A stretch of 64,000 bases of DNA from Candidatus Latescibacterota bacterium (GTDB lineage Bacteria; Latescibacterota; UBA2968; UBA8231). The notes below the pieces were generated by a model that was not told the DNA's origin, searched no databases, and was given only the letters and a program-made list of their open reading frames with translations. Shown here one piece after another: positions 19,708 through 28,453 of the stretch. Made by a program: the position numbers and the translations under genes. The number at the start of each line of letters is the position of its first letter. The stretch's first letter is position 1. The stretch is from contig CBDETY010000003.1 in assembly GCA_965243025.1 (NCBI GenBank), forward strand, positions 3,936,001 to 4,000,000. The letters run 5' to 3'.

Positions 19708-20573
19708 GAATTCGCGCCTCACTGGCGGCGGCCGTTCTCGGACTGCTGCCGGCCCTCGCCGGGGCCCAGCCGTCGTGGCAGGCGATCGCGCCCCCGGAGA
19801 CCCGGCTGGAGCTGTTCACCGCCCTGAGGACGGCCAACTACCCGACCGCCGAATCCCTCTACCGGGGGGACTTCCACTACGAGATATCGCACCGCTTCCT
19901 GCCGACCATCGACCAGGGGTACGAGGCCGGCTTCGGGCTCGACGGGCCGGCCAACATCCGCACCACGGTCAGCTACGGGCTGCACGACCGGCTGATGGTT
20001 ACCCTGGGGCGCAGCAGCCTGCAGGACAATCTCGACCTGCAGCTGCGGTACCGCTGGCTGCAGTTCCGCCACATGCGCTTCCCGTCGGTCCTCGCCCTCA
20101 ACGCCGGCGCCGCCTGGAACACCGACATCCCCGCCGGCATCGACCGGGGGGCGGCCGCGGCCGAGAACTTCCAGTACTTCGGGCAGCTGGTTTTCAACAC
20201 GATGATGGACGACAAGCTGGGTTTGGGCCTGGTGCCTTCGTTCCTCTACAACAGCGCCATCTTCAGCGTCGACCCGCAGTACACCGCCACCCTGGGGACC
20301 TACGTCCACTACTTCATCAACCACACCTGGGGGATCTGGGTGGAGTACAGCCCGGCGCTGACGGGCTACCAGGGCATCCTGTCGCCAGGCGAGAGCGGGC
20401 GCTCGCACAACTCCCTGGCCTGGGGCCTGTCCATCGACACGGGGGGGCACACCTTCTACCTGTTCGCCACCAACAACACGCGCCTCAGTCCGTCCCAGTA
20501 CCTCGTGGGGGCGCCCTACGAAGCGGCCCCGGAGAACTGGCGCTCCGGCTTCGGGATCACGCGGTTCCTGTAG
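19704..20573 (+). CDS. DUF5777-family outer-membrane beta-barrel
   Basis: ISHRF, FGLDGPANIR, IDTGGHTF.LFATN, GFGITR C-terminus. Confidence 0.8.
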   Translation: MRIRASLAAAVLGLLPALAGAQPSWQAIAPPETRLELFTALRTANYPTAESLYRGDFHYEISHRFLPTIDQGYEAGFGLDGPANIRTTVSYGLHDRLMVTLGRSSLQDNLDLQLRYRWLQFRHMRFPSVLALNAGAAWNTDIPAGIDRGAAAAENFQYFGQLVFNTMMDDKLGLGLVPSFLYNSAIFSVDPQYTATLGTYVHYFINHTWGIWVEYSPALTGYQGILSPGESGRSHNSLAWGLSIDTGGHTFYLFATNNTRLSPSQYLVGAPYEAAPENWRSGFGITRFL

Positions 20574-20722
20574 GGAGAGGAAGGGGGAGCGTCCACCGCG
20601 GCGGCTGTCCGTCGCCGCCGCTGACTGCCCGACCAGGAGGCAGGGGCGCGGCACCGGCCCGGCGGGTGTGGGGCGGTGGTGTGCAGCTCTCCGAGGCGGC
20701 CGTTGAGCGCCTTCCGGGTCTC

Positions 20723-20890
20723 GAGGGCAGCAGCTTCCTGGATGAGCCCGTCGTAGTATCCAAGCTGGGGGCGCATGAGAGCCGCGGCGATAGCGCCTTC
20801 ATCGCGGATTCCTGGTGAGCCGCCAAAGGCACCAATCAGAGCGTCGTGCATGGCGACGACTTCCTCGATGGTTGGGAAGTCATGGGTCAT
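20723..20890 (-). pseudogene. Truncated Doc (death-on-curing) toxin
   Basis: Doc N-terminus 'EEVVAMHDALI..FGGSPGIRDEG.I.AAL.RP..GYY..LIQEAAAL'; similarity then stops before any HPFxDGNKR motif. Confidence 0.75.
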
Positions 20891-21114
20891 CTGGCCAGCA
20901 TTTCACCCAGGCGGCGGTTTTTCTCGACACTGGCCTGAAAATGGGCCATGACCGAGGCCCGGAGCTTTTCTTTAGAGCGGTTCTCAATGTATTCCCGCAT
21001 GGCTTCTTCCAGTACTGCCTGGAAATGACGGCCTTCCTCGCGGGCGATTTCTCGCACTGCGGCCAGCAACTCCGGCGAAGCCTGGCTGGAGAATTTCTCT
21101 CGTGGAACATCCAT
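20887..21114 (-). CDS. Ribbon-helix-helix antitoxin
   Basis: 'REKFSSQASPELLAAVREIAREEGR..QAVLEEAMREYIE'; ATGA overlap with the doc remnant. Confidence 0.75.
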   Translation of the reverse strand: MDVPREKFSSQASPELLAAVREIAREEGRHFQAVLEEAMREYIENRSKEKLRASVMAHFQASVEKNRRLGEMLAR

Positions 21115-21473
21115 CACCAATTCCCCCTTCGTATTCGTTCTGTACAAGCTGTAAGGTCGTGAAGAAAGGCGTCAAGAAACATCTTGATCGAAATGGGCGG
21201 AAGCGTTGCAGATCACCGGGCGGAAGCAAGGCCGCCGCCGGTCTCGACGGGCGTCTCGTCGAGCCGGGTGCGGCAATCGTCGCTGGGAAGCTCGTTACCG
21301 GGATGATGGCGCCCGTCCGAAATTAACTACATACACTCGAATACCCCTTGCCTTGCAACGAGTTAGGCCAGGGAAGCCGAATTAGATCAGTCCATTGACT
21401 CTATCTGTGCCGCCGCATGGTTGAAGAGTCCTTGCGGAAGCCTGATCTTCCCGATTCCTCCCCCTTGGAGATC

Positions 21474-22658
21474 ATGCTGACCACCGAACAATTACAGGCG
21501 TTGATGGCAGACGGTGAATCGGACCGCGTGGCGCTGACGACGTCCACCAGGGACACCGATAAATTCGCGCAGGCCATCTGTGCCTTTGCCAACGACTTCC
21601 CCGATCACCGGCAGCCGGGCTATCTCCTTGTAGGCGTGCACGACGACGGCAGAGCCAGCGGTCTGTCCGTCGATGATCGACTGTTGCGGGACCTGGGGGA
21701 ACTGCGCTCAAACGTCAACCTAGAGCCGCTCCCGGTGATGACCGTGCAGAAGTGCACGTTGCCCCAAGGGGAAGTGGCCGTGGTGGAGGTGCTTCCATCC
21801 GAGCTGCCTCCCGTCCGCTACAAAGGCAGGGTCTGGATACGGGTCGGACCTTCCCGGCGCGGGGCGAACCAGCAGGAAGAGCGCATTCTCACGGAGAAGC
21901 GGACCGTTTTCCAAAGGCCCTTCGATGCCCGGCCCTGCCAAGGCTGCACGCTTGACGAACTGGTCCTGGATCTGTTCCAGGTAAGCTACCTTCCGGCGGC
22001 GGTGGCTCGTGACGTAATCGACGAGAACGAGCGAAACACCCCTGAACAGATGGCATCCCTGCGCTTTTACGACCTTACCGCCGACTGTCCGACGAACGCC
22101 GCCGCCTTGCTGTTCGCCAAGAGGCCCCTGCACTGGATTCCTGGAGCCTGGGTTCAATTCGTCCGTTGGGCAGGAACGACGATGGCCGACGAACCGGTCG
22201 GCGAGAAGAGATTCAGCGGGGACTTGCTCACCCTTCTGCGCGAGCTCGAAGCGTTCATCACGGTTCCTGCACAGTCCCGTCCGGTGGCAGAATCGGCTCT
22301 GCGGGACCGGGCTGAGAGCGACTACCCGCAGGTGGCCATCCGAGAGTTGCTGTTGAACGCAATCATGCACCGTTCCTACGAGTCAAACGCACCCGTACGG
22401 TTTTACTGGTACGATGACCGCATGGAAATCCAGAATCCAGGGGGGCTGTACGGGATGGCCTCTCCGGAGAACTTCCCGAGGCAGACGGATTATCGAAATC
22501 CGGTCATAGCGGAGGCCATGGCGACGTTGGGCTATGTCAACCACTTCGGTCGAGGCGTCATCAGAGCGCAGGATGCCTTGCTGAAAAACGGGAACCCGGA
22601 AGCGGAATTCACCTTCGAGCCCGCCAACGTGCTGGCCACCATTCGAAGAAAGCCATGA
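21474..22658 (+). CDS. AlbA_2 (Schlafen-like) domain plus HATPase_c_4 ('RecG-like') protein
   Basis: ESDRV, ICAFAND, LLVGVHDDG, ELLLNAIMHRSY, EIQNPGGL, RNPVIAEAM, GRGV. Confidence 0.85.
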   Translation: MLTTEQLQALMADGESDRVALTTSTRDTDKFAQAICAFANDFPDHRQPGYLLVGVHDDGRASGLSVDDRLLRDLGELRSNVNLEPLPVMTVQKCTLPQGEVAVVEVLPSELPPVRYKGRVWIRVGPSRRGANQQEERILTEKRTVFQRPFDARPCQGCTLDELVLDLFQVSYLPAAVARDVIDENERNTPEQMASLRFYDLTADCPTNAAALLFAKRPLHWIPGAWVQFVRWAGTTMADEPVGEKRFSGDLLTLLRELEAFITVPAQSRPVAESALRDRAESDYPQVAIRELLLNAIMHRSYESNAPVRFYWYDDRMEIQNPGGLYGMASPENFPRQTDYRNPVIAEAMATLGYVNHFGRGVIRAQDALLKNGNPEAEFTFEPANVLATIRRKP

Positions 22659-23644
22659 AAACCGTCGCTTTCTTCAACAACAAGGGAGGAGTCGGCAAGA
22701 CGACTCTGGTCTACCACCTCGCCTGGATGTACGCCGACCTCGGCATGTCGGTTGTCGCGGCTGACCTCGATCCGCAGGCGAATCTGAGCACCATGTTCCT
22801 GAGTGACGACCGGCTCGAGGAGTTGTGGCCGGATGGAGATCATCCGGAAAGTATCTACGGATCGGTCTCCCCGATCCTTCGCGGTCTTGGTGACATCGAC
22901 GACCCGCACGTAGAGGTAATCCTTGAAAACCTCGGCCTTCTGGTGGGCGACCTTGGTTTAGCTCGGTTCGAAGCCAGGCTCTCCTCCGCATGGCCCGACT
23001 GCATGAACCGCGACGAGGCGGCTTTCCGCACCGAGTCCTCCTTCCATCGAGCAATTCTGAAAGCGGTAGAGATACGGGAAGCCGATCTGGTATTGATCGA
23101 TGTCGGCCCCAACCTGGGAGCGATCAACCGCGCGGCGATCATTGCAGCCAATTTCGTCGTTTTCCCGCTCGCCCCGGACCTGTTCTCGCTGCAGGGACTT
23201 CGCAACCTCGGGCCGACTCTGCGCGATTGGCGCAGCCAGTGGCAGGATCGCATGGATCGACGTCCCGACGACCCGAACCTGCCCCTGCCTTCAGCCGACA
23301 TGAAGCCGGCAGGCTATACAGTCATGCAGCACGCCGTGCGGTCGGGGAGTCCCGTTCAATCATACCAGAGATGGATGACCCGCATTCCCGGTGTCTATCA
23401 CAAGGAGGCCCTCGGGGAAGATGCCCCAACGGCCTCCTCGACGGATGACGACCCCGAATGCCTCGCTACGCTGAAGCACTACCGCAGCCTGATGCCGATG
23501 GCCCAGGAAGCGCGGAAGCCGATGTTCCAGCTCAAGGCCGCGGATGGGGCTCTCGGTGGTCATATCCACGCCGTGCAGGACTGCTACGCCGATTTCAAGG
23601 CACTGGCGGAATCGATAGCTGACAAGTGCGGAATCGAGCGGTAA
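22655..23644 (+). CDS. ParA/Soj-family ATPase
   Basis: FNNKGGVGKTT deviant Walker A, DLDPQANL, IDVGPNLGAINR; ATGA overlap with upstream gene. Confidence 0.9.
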   Translation: MKTVAFFNNKGGVGKTTLVYHLAWMYADLGMSVVAADLDPQANLSTMFLSDDRLEELWPDGDHPESIYGSVSPILRGLGDIDDPHVEVILENLGLLVGDLGLARFEARLSSAWPDCMNRDEAAFRTESSFHRAILKAVEIREADLVLIDVGPNLGAINRAAIIAANFVVFPLAPDLFSLQGLRNLGPTLRDWRSQWQDRMDRRPDDPNLPLPSADMKPAGYTVMQHAVRSGSPVQSYQRWMTRIPGVYHKEALGEDAPTASSTDDDPECLATLKHYRSLMPMAQEARKPMFQLKAADGALGGHIHAVQDCYADFKALAESIADKCGIER

Positions 23645-23857
23645 GGGATCCCATGCCGCTCGCGTTGCCGCGCAGGCGCCAGCGGATCGCCTCGAAGCGG
23701 CGCTCAAAGCCCTGGTAGTAGCCATTTCGTTCAGTTATCCATATCAAAAGTCGGAGTGAAACCGGGATGATGTTGCCGCCGGCACCCCGGCTCTCCGCCA
23801 TTTCGTTTCCGGTTCGAGTGACATGCGGGTCCCCGAACCTGAACCGCGCTGTTGGCT

Positions 23858-25618
23858 TTACTCCCGGATCCCTATGTGGAGTTCCCGCAACTGCTCAGGC
23901 GAGACCTCGCCCGGTGCGCCCATGAGCGGATCCTGCGCATTCTGGTTCATCGGGAAGGCGATGACCTCCCGGATGTTCGGTTCGTCCGCCAGCAGCATGA
24001 CGATGCGGTCGATGCCGGGGGCGATGCCGCCGTGGGGCGGAGCGCCGTAACGAAAGGCGCGGATCATTCCCCCGAACCTGCGATCCACTTCCCGCCGCGC
24101 ATGTCCGGCAATCTCGAACGCCTTGTACATGATGTCCGGCCTGTGGTTGCGGATGGCACCGCTCGACAGTTCGAGGCCGTTGCAGACGATGTCGTACTGA
24201 TACGCCTTGACCTCCAGCGGCGGTTGCGTCTCCAGCGCAGCCATGCCGCCCTGCGGCATGGAGAACGGGTTGTGCGAAAAGGCCACGCAAGCGCGTTCCT
24301 CGTCCCATTCGTACATGGGAAAATCGACGACCCAGCAGAATTCATAACAACCCTCCCGCCGCAGGTCGAGCCGGTCTGCCAGATGCAGGCGCAACCGTCC
24401 CGCCAGGGCCGCTGCCTCGGATGGCGCGCCGGCGATGAAGAAAACGGCTGACCCCGGAGCGGCTGCGCAGTGCTCGAAAATGCGGCTGCGCACGCTCTGT
24501 TCCAGGGCGGCGGCAAATGATCCTGTGGCCTGCGCTCCGTTGATTAGGTAGGCCAGCCCCTTGCCGCCCGCCTCTTTGACGAATGCTTCGAGGCCGTCGA
24601 AAAACGAGCGCGGCTGCCCTTCCATCTCAGGAACGCACAGGGCGCGGACGACCCCGCCTGCTGCGACGATGTCCCCGAACAGCCTGAACGAGGAGTCCGC
24701 GAAGATCCCGGTGAGGTCCTGGATTTCGAGACCGAAGCGCAGGTCTGGTTTGTCCGTGCCGAACCGCAGCATGGCGTCGGCATGGGAAAGACGCGGGAAC
24801 GGCGGCGCGGTCACTGCCCAATCGGTGAACTCGCGGAAGAGACCGGAAAAGAGTTCCTCGACCACGGCGAAGACGTCCTCCTGTTCGACGAAGGCCATCT
24901 CGAGATCGAGCTGGTAGAATTCGCCGGGGGAGCGGTCGGCGCGGGCGTCTTCGTCGCGGAAGCAGGGCGCGATCTGGAAGTAGCGGTCGAAGCCGGACAC
25001 CATCAGCAACTGCTTGAACTGCTGCGGCGCCTGCGGCAGCGCGTAGAAGCGGCCGGGATACAGCCGGCTCGGCACGAGGTAATCGCGCGCGCCCTCGGGC
25101 GAACTGCTGGTGAGAATGGGCGTCTGGAACTCGGCAAAGCCCATCTCCGTCATGCGCCGCCTGATGCTGGCGATCACTTCCGAGCGGAGCTGAATGCGGC
25201 GGTGCAGCCCTGCCCGGCGCAGGTCCAGGAAGCGATAGGACAAGCGGGTGCTCTCCCCCACTTCGGGATCTTCGGCCACGGAAAAGGGGAGCGGCTCCGC
25301 CGGCGAGAGCACTTCCAGCTCGCGAACGGCGATTTCCACTTCTCCCGTCTCCATCGCGCTGTTGACGGTCTCAAACGACCGTTCGCGCACGTCGCCTGCG
25401 ACGCTGATTACGGATTCGCGGGGGACCTTTGACGCGATTGCCGCAGCGTCATTGTCCGGCAAGATCACGAGCTGGGTGATACCGTAGTGGTCGCGCAGAT
25501 CCAGGAACAGTATGCCTCCGTGGTCCCTTTTGCGATGCAGCCAACCGCTCAGGCGAACGGTCTGGCCGGCGTGGCGCTTGCGAAGTTCGCCGCAGGTGTG
25601 GGTGCGATAGCGGTGCAT
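23858..25618 (-). CDS. aspS: Aspartate--tRNA(Asp/Asn) ligase
   Basis: [45 protein letters not shown]; SD GGAGGT before ATG 25618. Confidence 0.97.
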   Translation of the reverse strand: MHRYRTHTCGELRKRHAGQTVRLSGWLHRKRDHGGILFLDLRDHYGITQLVILPDNDAAAIASKVPRESVISVAGDVRERSFETVNSAMETGEVEIAVRELEVLSPAEPLPFSVAEDPEVGESTRLSYRFLDLRRAGLHRRIQLRSEVIASIRRRMTEMGFAEFQTPILTSSSPEGARDYLVPSRLYPGRFYALPQAPQQFKQLLMVSGFDRYFQIAPCFRDEDARADRSPGEFYQLDLEMAFVEQEDVFAVVEELFSGLFREFTDWAVTAPPFPRLSHADAMLRFGTDKPDLRFGLEIQDLTGIFADSSFRLFGDIVAAGGVVRALCVPEMEGQPRSFFDGLEAFVKEAGGKGLAYLINGAQATGSFAAALEQSVRSRIFEHCAAAPGSAVFFIAGAPSEAAALAGRLRLHLADRLDLRREGCYEFCWVVDFPMYEWDEERACVAFSHNPFSMPQGGMAALETQPPLEVKAYQYDIVCNGLELSSGAIRNHRPDIMYKAFEIAGHARREVDRRFGGMIRAFRYGAPPHGGIAPGIDRIVMLLADEPNIREVIAFPMNQNAQDPLMGAPGEVSPEQLRELHIGIRE

Positions 25619-25646
25619 GGCCACCTCCAGTTTTTGGATGTACATG

Positions 25647-25680
25647 AAAAACCGCCGTCGGCGCGAGGCTCAACGGCGGG
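25647..25680 (-). terminator. Attenuator terminator 2 directly upstream of aspS
   Basis: Minus strand CCGCCGTTG-loop-CGACGGCGG followed by TTTTT. Confidence 0.8.
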
Positions 25681-25702
25681 TTGGGGTGAGAGTGTAATCC
25701 GA

Positions 25703-25795
25703 TCACGGCCAACGCCATCGAGCCCGAATGGCGGGATTATTGTCGTCGTTGTCATGCGAAATAGCGCGTGCCGTGTGCTTGTAGCGAAATGTCAT
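25703..25795 (-). CDS. aspS leader peptide 2 (MTFRYKHTARAISHDNDDNNPAIRARWRWP*)
   Basis: SD TAAGGAG 8 nt upstream; six consecutive Asp/Asn codons; followed by a terminator. Confidence 0.8.
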   Translation of the reverse strand: MTFRYKHTARAISHDNDDNNPAIRARWRWP

Positions 25796-25809
25796 CTCGT
25801 AAACTCCTT

Positions 25810-25850
25810 AAAACAGAAAACCCGCCGCGATGCGTGTTCGCGACGGGTTT
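25810..25850 (-). terminator. Attenuator terminator 1 in the aspS leader
   Basis: Minus strand AAACCCGTCGCGA-loop-TCGCGGCGGGTTT followed by TCTGTTTT. Confidence 0.8.
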
Positions 25851-25879
25851 GGGATTCTCGGATTCGGTTGGAGCAGTCG

Positions 25880-25966
25880 TCAGAACACGCGTAATGGGGC
25901 GATCGGATTATTGACGCCGGCGTTGGCTGGATAATTCTGCCTGCGGTCTTTCTGACGGGCCATCAT
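25880..25966 (-). CDS. aspS leader peptide 1 (MMARQKDRRQNYPANAGVNNPIAPLRVF*)
   Basis: Starts 8 nt after a -10 box; 4 Asn + 1 Asp; NNP at residues 19-21 exactly as in leader 2; followed by a terminator. Confidence 0.65.
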   Translation of the reverse strand: MMARQKDRRQNYPANAGVNNPIAPLRVF

Positions 25967-25974
25967 GCTCTTGC

Positions 25975-26003
25975 AACGTATGAGGAGGGCCGCACTCCGT
26001 CAA
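25975..26003 (-). promoter_or_regulatory. Sigma70-type promoter of the aspS leader
   Basis: TTGACG-17 nt-TACGTT on the minus strand. Confidence 0.7.
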
Positions 26004-26014
26004 ACCCGCTTCCT

Positions 26015-26485
26015 TCAACCGCCGGATGCGCCCACTTTCCCGGAACCTCCCATCAGGGAACTGCCGTCGACGCGGGATGCCATCTCGTCATCCCGGTTGA
26101 AGAGCGAGCACGACCGCAGGGACAGGCAGCCGCAGCCTATGCATCCCGTGAGGTTCTCTTTCAACCGCTCGAGCGTCTCAATCCGCTCTTCCAGCTGATC
26201 CCTCCAGCCCCTCGACAGGCGTGCCCAGTCCGCCTTGTTCGGTGTGCGCCCGTCCGGAAGCGTGTCCAGCGCTGACCGGATTTCCCGGAGCGGCACTCCG
26301 ATTCTCTGGGCGGCCCGAATGACGGCGACGCGGCGCAATACCGCCTGTCGATACCGGCGCTGGTTCCCGCCGGTCCGCTCCGAGGCGATCAGGCCCTCGG
26401 CTTCGTAAAACCGCAACGCAGAGGTCGCGACTCCGCTTCGCGCCGCTACGTCCCCGATGGTCAAAGTGGGTGAAAGTGGTGCCAC
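26015..26485 (-). CDS. soxR: Redox-sensitive transcriptional activator SoxR
   Basis: MerR HTH 'IGDVAARSGVATSALRFYE', GNQRRY, CIGCGCLSLRSC [2Fe-2S] motif. Confidence 0.95.
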   Translation of the reverse strand: MAPLSPTLTIGDVAARSGVATSALRFYEAEGLIASERTGGNQRRYRQAVLRRVAVIRAAQRIGVPLREIRSALDTLPDGRTPNKADWARLSRGWRDQLEERIETLERLKENLTGCIGCGCLSLRSCSLFNRDDEMASRVDGSSLMGGSGKVGASGG

Positions 26486-26495
26486 AAGGTTTTCC

Positions 26496-26526
26496 TTGAC
26501 TTCAAGTATACTTGAAGTTGCAGATT
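26496..26526 (+). promoter_or_regulatory. SoxR operator within a long-spacer promoter
   Basis: Perfect palindrome ACTTCAAGTATACTTGAAGT (26499-26518) resembling the sox box CCTCAAGTTAACTTGAGG; TTGACT-19 nt-CAGATT. Confidence 0.85.
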
Positions 26527-26617
26527 CGATCCAGGCTCATCCGAAGAGCCTGCCTTACCGGCTTCGGTGACCTGGAACCAGGGAAGCGGATGCCGGAAAC
26601 ACCGAAAGGAGAAAACC

Positions 26618-28369
26618 ATGGGAAAACCGGCAAGGGAACGGCTGAACGCGGGATCGATCGATGAGATAAAACACAAGGGAAGAATCCTGGTTCGGGGAGG
26701 GCCTGTCCCGATCGTCCTCTTCTGCTCGGAGGGGGAATTTCACGCGGTCGACAACCGCTGTCCCCACATGGGGTTCCCCTTGCATCGCGGAACCATCGAG
26801 GACGGTATCCTGACCTGTCACTGGCACCACGCCCGTTTCGATCTGCGGAGCGGCTGCACCTTCGATCTCTTTGCCGACGACGCGGCGACATATCCGGTCG
26901 AAGTCGAGGACGGTCGCGTCTTCATCGATGTTTCCGCAAACACCCGCAATCCGGTGGAGCATGGTCTGCGGAGGCTCGAGGAAGGCATGGACCAGAACAT
27001 CAGGCTCGTGATCGCCAAAGCCGTTGTCGCCCTCCTGCACGCCGGGGCGAATGCCGACGACATTTCCCGGGCGAGCGGCCTGTACGGGGTACGGCGCCGG
27101 CGTTCGGGATGGGGGAACGGGTTGACGATCCTGACGGCGATGGCAAACGTGAGCGACCATCTCCGCGGTGACGAACGCATCGCCCCGCTTTATCAGGGGG
27201 CTGCGCAAATCGCATCCGACACGAGCGGTCAGCCGCCCAGGATTCCGCTGCGGCCGCTCGAAAGCCGGGAAATCCCGCGGGGCTCCCTGAGACGGTGGTT
27301 CCGCTACCTGGTCGAGGTGCGCAACGCGGACGGGGCCGAACGCACCCTGCTCACCGCCGTCGAGGGCCCTCTGAGCCAGGCCGATCTGGCGGAAATGATG
27401 GTGACTGCGGCGACCGACCACTTCTACCTCGACGGCGGCCACGTCGTCGACTTCATCAACAAGGCCTTCGAGCTGCTCGACCGCATCGGCTGGGAGTACG
27501 CGGCAGACGTCCTGCCCTCCTTGATCCCCCAACTCAGCAGGGCGCAGCGCAGCGAAGAACAGAACAGCTGGCGCTCTCCCGTCGACCTCGTGGCGCTCCT
27601 GAGCGAGGCGTTCGACTCGCTGGATCAGCTGCTGGAAGAAGGGCAGGGAGCAGAGTGGAAACGGGACGGTGAGTTCACGGAGAAGCTACTGCAGGACGAT
27701 CCCGGAACGATTGTAGCGGCCCTGAACGAAGCGCTGAAGCAGGGCGCGCGCCCGGTACAGCTGGCGGAGGCAGTAGCCCAGGCAGCGGCGCTCCGGGTAG
27801 CCCGGTTTCACGTGCAGAACGAGTTCTCGGACTGGATCTCGGTGCTGCACACCTTCTCGTACGCCAACGCGCTGCACCAGATGCTGAAAAGGGCGGAGTC
27901 GGCCGAAATGCTGCGCGGCGTCTACCATGGGGCCATGCGCGTCTACCTCGACCGCTTTCTCAATGTTCCGGCTGCGCGCCTGCCCGGCGGAAGCGCGAGG
28001 AGGGCGCCGGGCAATGAGCATCGCGAGGCAATGGAGGGATTCCTGCTTCTGCTCAACCAGCAGCAGAAGGTCGATGAAGCCGGGGAACTCGTTCACGGCT
28101 ACCTGGCATCGGGGGGTGAACCGGGGCTCCTGTTCCGCACGCTGGCGGAATCCCTGGTGAGGGAAGACGCCGAGTTCCACAGCTTCCAGATGCTCGAGGC
28201 GGCCATCCGCCAGCACGGAGAGCGCACCGATATCGAGGAGCAACGGATCCTGATGGTGGCAGCGGCCCGTTTTCTGGCGGCCAAGGCGCCGACTCAGCGG
28301 GAGCTGTTCCAGACACTTCGAATCGCCCGGCGGCTGCACCGCGGGGAGGCTGTCTACGAGGAGAGTTGA
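26618..28369 (+). CDS. Rieske [2Fe-2S] domain protein with large helical C-terminal region
   Basis: CPHMGFPL...CHWHHARFD Rieske motif; SD AAAGGAG. Confidence 0.85.
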   Translation: MGKPARERLNAGSIDEIKHKGRILVRGGPVPIVLFCSEGEFHAVDNRCPHMGFPLHRGTIEDGILTCHWHHARFDLRSGCTFDLFADDAATYPVEVEDGRVFIDVSANTRNPVEHGLRRLEEGMDQNIRLVIAKAVVALLHAGANADDISRASGLYGVRRRRSGWGNGLTILTAMANVSDHLRGDERIAPLYQGAAQIASDTSGQPPRIPLRPLESREIPRGSLRRWFRYLVEVRNADGAERTLLTAVEGPLSQADLAEMMVTAATDHFYLDGGHVVDFINKAFELLDRIGWEYAADVLPSLIPQLSRAQRSEEQNSWRSPVDLVALLSEAFDSLDQLLEEGQGAEWKRDGEFTEKLLQDDPGTIVAALNEALKQGARPVQLAEAVAQAAALRVARFHVQNEFSDWISVLHTFSYANALHQMLKRAESAEMLRGVYHGAMRVYLDRFLNVPAARLPGGSARRAPGNEHREAMEGFLLLLNQQQKVDEAGELVHGYLASGGEPGLLFRTLAESLVREDAEFHSFQMLEAAIRQHGERTDIEEQRILMVAAARFLAAKAPTQRELFQTLRIARRLHRGEAVYEES

Positions 28370-28453
28370 CCGGCTTCGCGGGCGCTGTTTGCAGGTATGG
28401 CCCGTCAATTCGGGCCTGGCCGTGCTCCGGGGGGAAGCCCGGGCACCAAGCCC

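Noticed and set aside
22655-23644. ParA as evidence of a plasmid or chromosome partition locus
   Set aside because: No parB, parS or rep is nearby; the context is chromosomal, and the gene is coupled to an AlbA_2 gene.
25549-25755. ORF starting MTTTTII, resembling a Thr/Ile (thrL-like) leader
   Set aside because: It is an alternative frame of the DNDDNN codons, has no SD, and runs through the terminator into aspS out of frame. The SD-led Asp/Asn frame fits the downstream gene.
25640-26000. T-box riboswitch upstream of aspS
   Set aside because: No T-box consensus (AGGGTGGNACCGCG) is seen before either terminator; the uORF attenuator model explains the structure.
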